Virus record (IMG/VR): IMGVR_UViG_3300021354_000013
Span: 1 to 41,343 of that record
Length of the DNA: 41,343 bases
From: a virus
Taxonomy: Duplodnaviria; Caudoviricetes
Strand: one strand, 5' to 3'
Of this stretch, positions 37,501 to 41,343 are shown one piece after another. The notes under the pieces are model-generated. The model did no database searches and was not told where the DNA came from. It saw only the letters and a list, made by a program, of their open reading frames with translations. Numbering within the stretch: position 1 is the first letter of the stretch; every line of letters starts with the position of its first letter. The position numbers and the translations under genes were made by a program.

Positions 37501-40500
37501 CAACGTGGGCGGCGTTGATCGGGATAGCGTTATGGAGTCTGTTATTGCTCGTACTAAAAAAGACGGGTTTATCGTTGACGCAAGCATAGCCTCTCATGCG
37601 GCAAATGAAGGCGATAAAGTTTATGTTGTTCTAACACCTACTCAAATCAAATCTGCCACCGGTAACAACGGCAACTTTGATCCTAACGATGCGAATATTT
37701 ACAATCAAAGCGCAGTGGTTGAAGGCGCTAATGCCATCACTGGCGATCTTGACCGTGTAAACCCTGACGTAAAGGACGCAGTAGAAAGCCGAATTGCCCG
37801 CATGGGTGAAGAGGAACAGCAACGTGTACGAGCAAATCTAGGGGAACATAAAGGTACTGCGTGGGCAGCTGCTGCTATCAAAGGTATGGCGTACCGCGAA
37901 ATGCTAGAACGTGCGATGGATGGCCAAGACATATCTAACCTAGAGCGAAATGCAATCTGGGGAAAGCAAGATATGGCGGCTACCAAACTTGTTAAAGCAT
38001 TTAAGAAATATCCAGAGCATGGCGCTCGTGTTCTAAAACTGCTTCTTAATGCCTATGATTTTATTGGGGGAAACCGTAAAGCTGAGAACGATGTTTCAAC
38101 ATCCTTCACCAACTGTGATCCTAGTAAAGCGTGTGCGATCCATTGTTACGCCGCGACCGGTAACGCTAGGCCAAATGAAATAGCCAAATCGGAATTTACC
38201 GAATTTATGCTAGAGCGATTTCCGCAAGAGATGGCGGATAAACTGGCTTCAGACTATCTGGCAACGGAGGCCGGTAAGGCGGGGCTATCTTTACGGTTAA
38301 ACGACAAGGGGGATCTTTCACCCGCGCAGGTGCATGTTATCGAATTGCTAAACACTAAAGGAATAGCAATTCAGGTTTTTTCAAAACGTCCGGATTTATT
38401 GCGATCTATCTCTGATCTCAATTTAAAGATGCTTTCCATTGATGGCACCAACATGGAATTGGCCGATGCAAATCCTGATTTGCGTTTAGCTGTCACGATT
38501 ACAGACGAAACCACCGAAGAGATGTTAATGCCGATACACGACCGTGTATCCGTATATTTACCGGTTAACCTTAAAGGTAAGGCAATTACCAAAGAAGAGC
38601 TTAAAGCGCGCTTTCCAAATTTATATAGCCGAATGGCAAAAGAGAATCTTTGTCCAGTGGATGGGGGGAAACTCGAAACTAAGCCAGGCACTTCGTTTGT
38701 TGATATCCGTGACAAGACCGCAGACAAAGGCGTGTGGACATGTACGGCCTGTGATCTTTATGGCGCGGCAGGATGTTTTAAAGGGGATCGGCAAACTAAC
38801 CAACGAAAAGCACAAACAATTTCTTTGTCTGATTTGACTAAAGAATTACAATTATCAAAGGTACGCAAGGAGCTTCAGTCTAACCTGGAGACACTTTTAC
38901 AATTAGGGGGAATAGATGGAGAACTTTACAGCCAACTTAGCCAAGCACTTTCTAGCGGGCAACGCGCGGTTCTCGAAATTGCTGACACCGAAAGAGAAGG
39001 CAGAGGCGCTGAAAGCGCAAGCGGCCAGACTCAAACAATCGAGGGAAGCGGAAGCGGAACTGGACAGCCTTCTGGCGGAGAATACAACCAAGGCAACATC
39101 GTTCCTTTATCAAAACGATTCAACACCAGAAAAGTAGAGTCATACTTTCAATTCGCCGGCGTACAAGCCTGGACCGCCGACACACATTCTTTAACTTCCG
39201 CCGTTGAACGTATTAAAAAAGGTGAAAACCCAGAACAAGTCCGCAAAGAAACCGGCTGGCATATTGGTGCGGATGGTATGTGGCGATTTGAGATTTCCGA
39301 CGACAAAGCGCAATTTAACACCCCATACAACGATTGGACCGCCGATCGGATTCGCGAAGAAGTAAAAGTGTATTCTAATTTCGAAGGTAAAGAAGGCACC
39401 TATAAAGCTATTTTTAGAGAGGGTACGCCGGATCATTTTGGTGCCTTTGGCCGATCCGAAGAAGAAGCAGTTAATAATGTTGTTAGAAATGTTAGAAAGA
39501 AACGATTTGCGGATGAGGGCTTTGATATCTCTAAAGTCTCTGACGGGGATGCACACGTCTTATCTCACGTTTTAAAACACCCAGAATTGTTTGATGCCTA
39601 CCCTTCTTTGTTGAACATGCGTGTGCATTTTGAAGAAAACACTTACGCTTATCGGGGAAAGCTAGATCCCGACACAGATGTGATTACTTTGGCAATTACT
39701 GGTGATGAACAGCAAATGCTGTCCACATTGTTGCACGAGATTCAGCACGCGATTCAAGAAAAAGAGGGCTTTGGCAAGGGGGGAAACTCAGATAAACAGT
39801 TTACGTACGCAGTTAAAACTGCTTTAAAGGAGCTGTCAAACCAACAACAACGAAAAATTGCGGAATGGACAAATGACAATTTTGACAAGATTGTTGATTA
39901 CAACGTCGCCGCCAAAATAGCAAGATATGGATTGATGTACGAATCCGCGCAACGACTAATTGGATACGCCAACCGCAGCGAACCGTCTGGGGTATTTCGA
40001 TTGGTAAGGCAAGAGATGCAATGGCTTTATGCGGATGAGTTTCGGGAAAATGATAAAGCACAAGATCTTCAGCGCGATTTTTATAACATTCCTAAACGCC
40101 ATAAAAAGAACGAACGAAATGCCTTTATAGGTGATATGGCGTTTCGCGCGGGGCAAGTGTTGTTAGATGAAATTGGTCCGATGTATCAAGGGATGTTTAA
40201 GAACGATCCGCGCACCTTGAAAGGGATGTTAAAGGCGCTGGAAAGGGAAGCGGACAAAAAGCGCCAAGCGTTATCTCCATTGCACGATTTGCAAAAGCAA
40301 GCGCGGACGACCGAAAACGTAAGTCGTGCGCATGCTTCCTCAACACCGTTCGATGTATATCAATCTTTAGCAGGTGAGGTGGAGGCAAGAAACACCCAAG
40401 CGCGCCAGGCAATGACACCGGAAGAGCGTCGCAATACTTCACCTAAGCAAACAGCGGATGTGCCCGTTGATAAAATTATAGTTAGATTTGGTGGTTTGGA

Positions 40501-41343
40501 GATCCAAGCACCAATGGCGTCGATTGCGGAGCAGGCAACCTTTGACCAAGGCGCCGCCGTCAACCGAGGAAGTTTTAACCCAACCAACCTAACAATCTCG
40601 CTCTTAAAGAACGCGGATCTTTCGACGTTCTTACATGAGACAGGGCATTTCTTCTTAGAAATGCAAACGGATCTGGCTGCAAGGCTAGAACAGGAAGCTG
40701 GACTTTTTGGCATAGAAAACCTAAAGCCTGGCGAACAGCAGATTATCAAAGATGCTAATGCCATTTTAAATTGGTTTGGTTTACAAGATCTGGATACCTG
40801 GCACCGCATGACATTAGAAGAGAAGCGCGGATTCCATGAGCAATTTGCGCGCGGCTTTGAAGCCTATCTGTTTGAAGGTAATGCGCCAAGCATTGAACTT
40901 CAACCCTTATTCCAACGCTTTAAAGAATGGCTAAAACGCGTTTATAAATCCATCGAGGCGCTTAATGTTGAGTTGACCGATGAGGTGAGAGGCGTGTTTG
41001 ATCGCATGATTGCATCAGAAGAGCAGATCCAACTTGCAGAGCAAGCGCGCAGTATGATGCCTCTTTTCACGACACTCGATGCGGCACCCATGACGGCCGA
41101 TGAGTTTAGGGAATATCAGAACCAACAGCAAGAAGCGACTGCGACCGCCGTTGATGAACTCGACGCGCGGGGATTGCGTGACATGAAATGGCTGCGCAAC
41201 GCGCGAAGCAAGGTGCTAAAGGCCATGCAGAAAGACGCAAAAGAAAAGCGTCGGGAAGTGAGAGCTGAAGCGCGCGTCGAGGTGCTATCACAGCCGGTCT
41301 ACCGCGCGTGGACATTGTTGACGGCTAAGGTTAACCCTGAGGA
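34562..41343 (+). CDS. Giant internal virion / polyvalent protein, ~3387 aa across the circular junction (34562 to 3513); domains: unknown, ADP-ribosyltransferase, Gp88-like Fe-S, LPD23 plus zincin, second HExxH
   Basis: ATGA overlap with the SLT gene stop; the frame runs to the window end (no stop-terminated ORF in this frame in the track; segments translated by hand are open) and is in frame with the ATG of 13..3513. Confidence 0.9.
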   Translation, partial: MSSEFDSAVTNVINNETPAPDKAQAAREGYVGAVDTNPDVYAEMQRVARRVGVPTNVAMDMPQEVKKQASIGSINFDTLAQTNPATASLLADTDKAKVAHDDVPNLQATERTFIESAIEPIQRGYAQGRAGLSLMLHSMGLFKGLDAQRKAAAEANGIPYDPTVETSNMMAQRQREIEKYPIPEDIQRGMDEISKAPDFSSAFESALYNKRAVLETTLQSIGTSFPALATTAGGSVFGPLGTATGAGMGSFAVEYGSTMQDVLADKGMNPTNAMDIHRVLNDPTIMDAARDKALKRGIPVAIFDALTAGVAGKLLAGAKANPTSVASRVGGELAVQATGGAAGEAAAQAVTGEYKPGDILLEALAELPTGLVEIPGNYKDALAKAQRSEDNARFVETINNLSEASKVLQRDPETFEAFVNHAAEDGPVEKVFIDANALMQSGVADQIAAVSPSVAEQLPLAQSTGGQIAIPVGEYASKIAPTEYAQALVDHLKTSPEEFSRAEAADFMQNHQEELQKEIERSLGNSQLSDEFKQSTSRLKEKFQTELDALGHHTPDVNKAYSTLLGDFFAVNAAKMGMSPEELHNQYAVRFASDLQQGYDQSRVDMHFKDVTKRIEGLTIAANQLKEGKITREDYDRLVNELKPVTPYAETPTPSSLEDMQTSLTSDKVPKIGEAARTLKTGDAVGLRLDIPAYRDHGVWVVSIHGARASDKSGMAGKATGYDSVASVTDARFGINENAGLNIAAGKSKATIATVEGKWKPITPEEAHARVTEALTDPAWTQVGMDPERHSYFYDRTTMEPVVSADEVIQIGPLVMAKNPVYAPKNHFLYQSRNLQTDTPAFKNWFGQSKVVDAEGKPLVVYHGTEADFDTFDLNKMGLNGLAIGPGFYFVNSKLVASGYGDKSLAVYLKANNPTLSVTKKTITKAQVTKIIEDMEKEDEYFLSNYGDIEYEGRRAVLNAALDDIYTQSKHDAEIIGSLINVGGVDRDSVMESVIARTKKDGFIVDASIASHAANEGDKVYVVLTPTQIKSATGNNGNFDPNDANIYNQSAVVEGANAITGDLDRVNPDVKDAVESRIARMGEEEQQRVRANLGEHKGTAWAAAAIKGMAYREMLERAMDGQDISNLERNAIWGKQDMAATKLVKAFKKYPEHGARVLKLLLNAYDFIGGNRKAENDVSTSFTNCDPSKACAIHCYAATGNARPNEIAKSEFTEFMLERFPQEMADKLASDYLATEAGKAGLSLRLNDKGDLSPAQVHVIELLNTKGIAIQVFSKRPDLLRSISDLNLKMLSIDGTNMELADANPDLRLAVTITDETTEEMLMPIHDRVSVYLPVNLKGKAITKEELKARFPNLYSRMAKENLCPVDGGKLETKPGTSFVDIRDKTADKGVWTCTACDLYGAAGCFKGDRQTNQRKAQTISLSDLTKELQLSKVRKELQSNLETLLQLGGIDGELYSQLSQALSSGQRAVLEIADTEREGRGAESASGQTQTIEGSGSGTGQPSGGEYNQGNIVPLSKRFNTRKVESYFQFAGVQAWTADTHSLTSAVERIKKGENPEQVRKETGWHIGADGMWRFEISDDKAQFNTPYNDWTADRIREEVKVYSNFEGKEGTYKAIFREGTPDHFGAFGRSEEEAVNNVVRNVRKKRFADEGFDISKVSDGDAHVLSHVLKHPELFDAYPSLLNMRVHFEENTYAYRGKLDPDTDVITLAITGDEQQMLSTLLHEIQHAIQEKEGFGKGGNSDKQFTYAVKTALKELSNQQQRKIAEWTNDNFDKIVDYNVAAKIARYGLMYESAQRLIGYANRSEPSGVFRLVRQEMQWLYADEFRENDKAQDLQRDFYNIPKRHKKNERNAFIGDMAFRAGQVLLDEIGPMYQGMFKNDPRTLKGMLKALEREADKKRQALSPLHDLQKQARTTENVSRAHASSTPFDVYQSLAGEVEARNTQARQAMTPEERRNTSPKQTADVPVDKIIVRFGGLEIQAPMASIAEQATFDQGAAVNRGSFNPTNLTISLLKNADLSTFLHETGHFFLEMQTDLAARLEQEAGLFGIENLKPGEQQIIKDANAILNWFGLQDLDTWHRMTLEEKRGFHEQFARGFEAYLFEGNAPSIELQPLFQRFKEWLKRVYKSIEALNVELTDEVRGVFDRMIASEEQIQLAEQARSMMPLFTTLDAAPMTADEFREYQNQQQEATATAVDELDARGLRDMKWLRNARSKVLKAMQKDAKEKRREVRAEARVEVLSQPVYRAWTLLTAKVNPE
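38916..39137 (+). CDS. Candidate overprinted 73-aa helical protein inside the giant gene
   Basis: AGGGGG 5 nt before ATG; TACAAT at 38898; host frame here is largely a Gly/Ser linker. Confidence 0.45.
   Translation: MENFTANLAKHFLAGNARFSKLLTPKEKAEALKAQAARLKQSREAEAELDSLLAENTTKATSFLYQNDSTPEK
41213..41343. repeat. Terminal direct repeat (right copy)
   Basis: Matches nt 1-131. Confidence 0.95.

Noticed and set aside
834-41315. Numerous antisense and alternate-frame ORFs in the track (e.g. 1290-1865, 16644-17255, 35182-35691)
   Set aside because: They lie opposite or inside well-supported genes and show no recognisable motifs or RBS.

Overview
The window is an apparently complete, circularly permuted dsDNA podovirus-type phage genome of about 41.2 kb. 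Nt 6-131 are repeated at 41218-41343, giving a unit length of 41,212 bp. Gene order resembles Bordetella phage BPP-1, epsilon15 and APSE. A leftward replication operon carries a DUF2800-like nuclease, DUF2815 SSB, family A DNA polymerase, VRR-NUC nuclease and SNF2 helicase. A divergent control region holds a Cro-like gene, followed by primase-VapE, an iteron origin, and then rightward packaging, head, tail, ejection, tail-fibre and lysis genes. I found no integrase, CI repressor, DGR, tRNA or CRISPR. The main item missing from the ORF track is a ~3,387-aa internal virion/polyvalent protein running from 34562 across the window end to 3513. It carries a cassette-like cargo array joined by a recurring (Y/F/L)xQ motif: an unknown domain, an ADP-ribosyltransferase, a Cys-rich Gp88-like radical-SAM/Fe-S domain and an LPD23-zincin. 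A small gene appears to be overprinted in the linker after the Fe-S domain. A phage-specific promoter-like motif, TGATGCACTT-N18-TAnnnT, occurs four times, always starting on the stop codon of the upstream gene. In three of the four cases it lies inside a hairpin that would hide the next gene's translation start in read-through RNA. Family assignments come from motif recognition by eye, not database searches.
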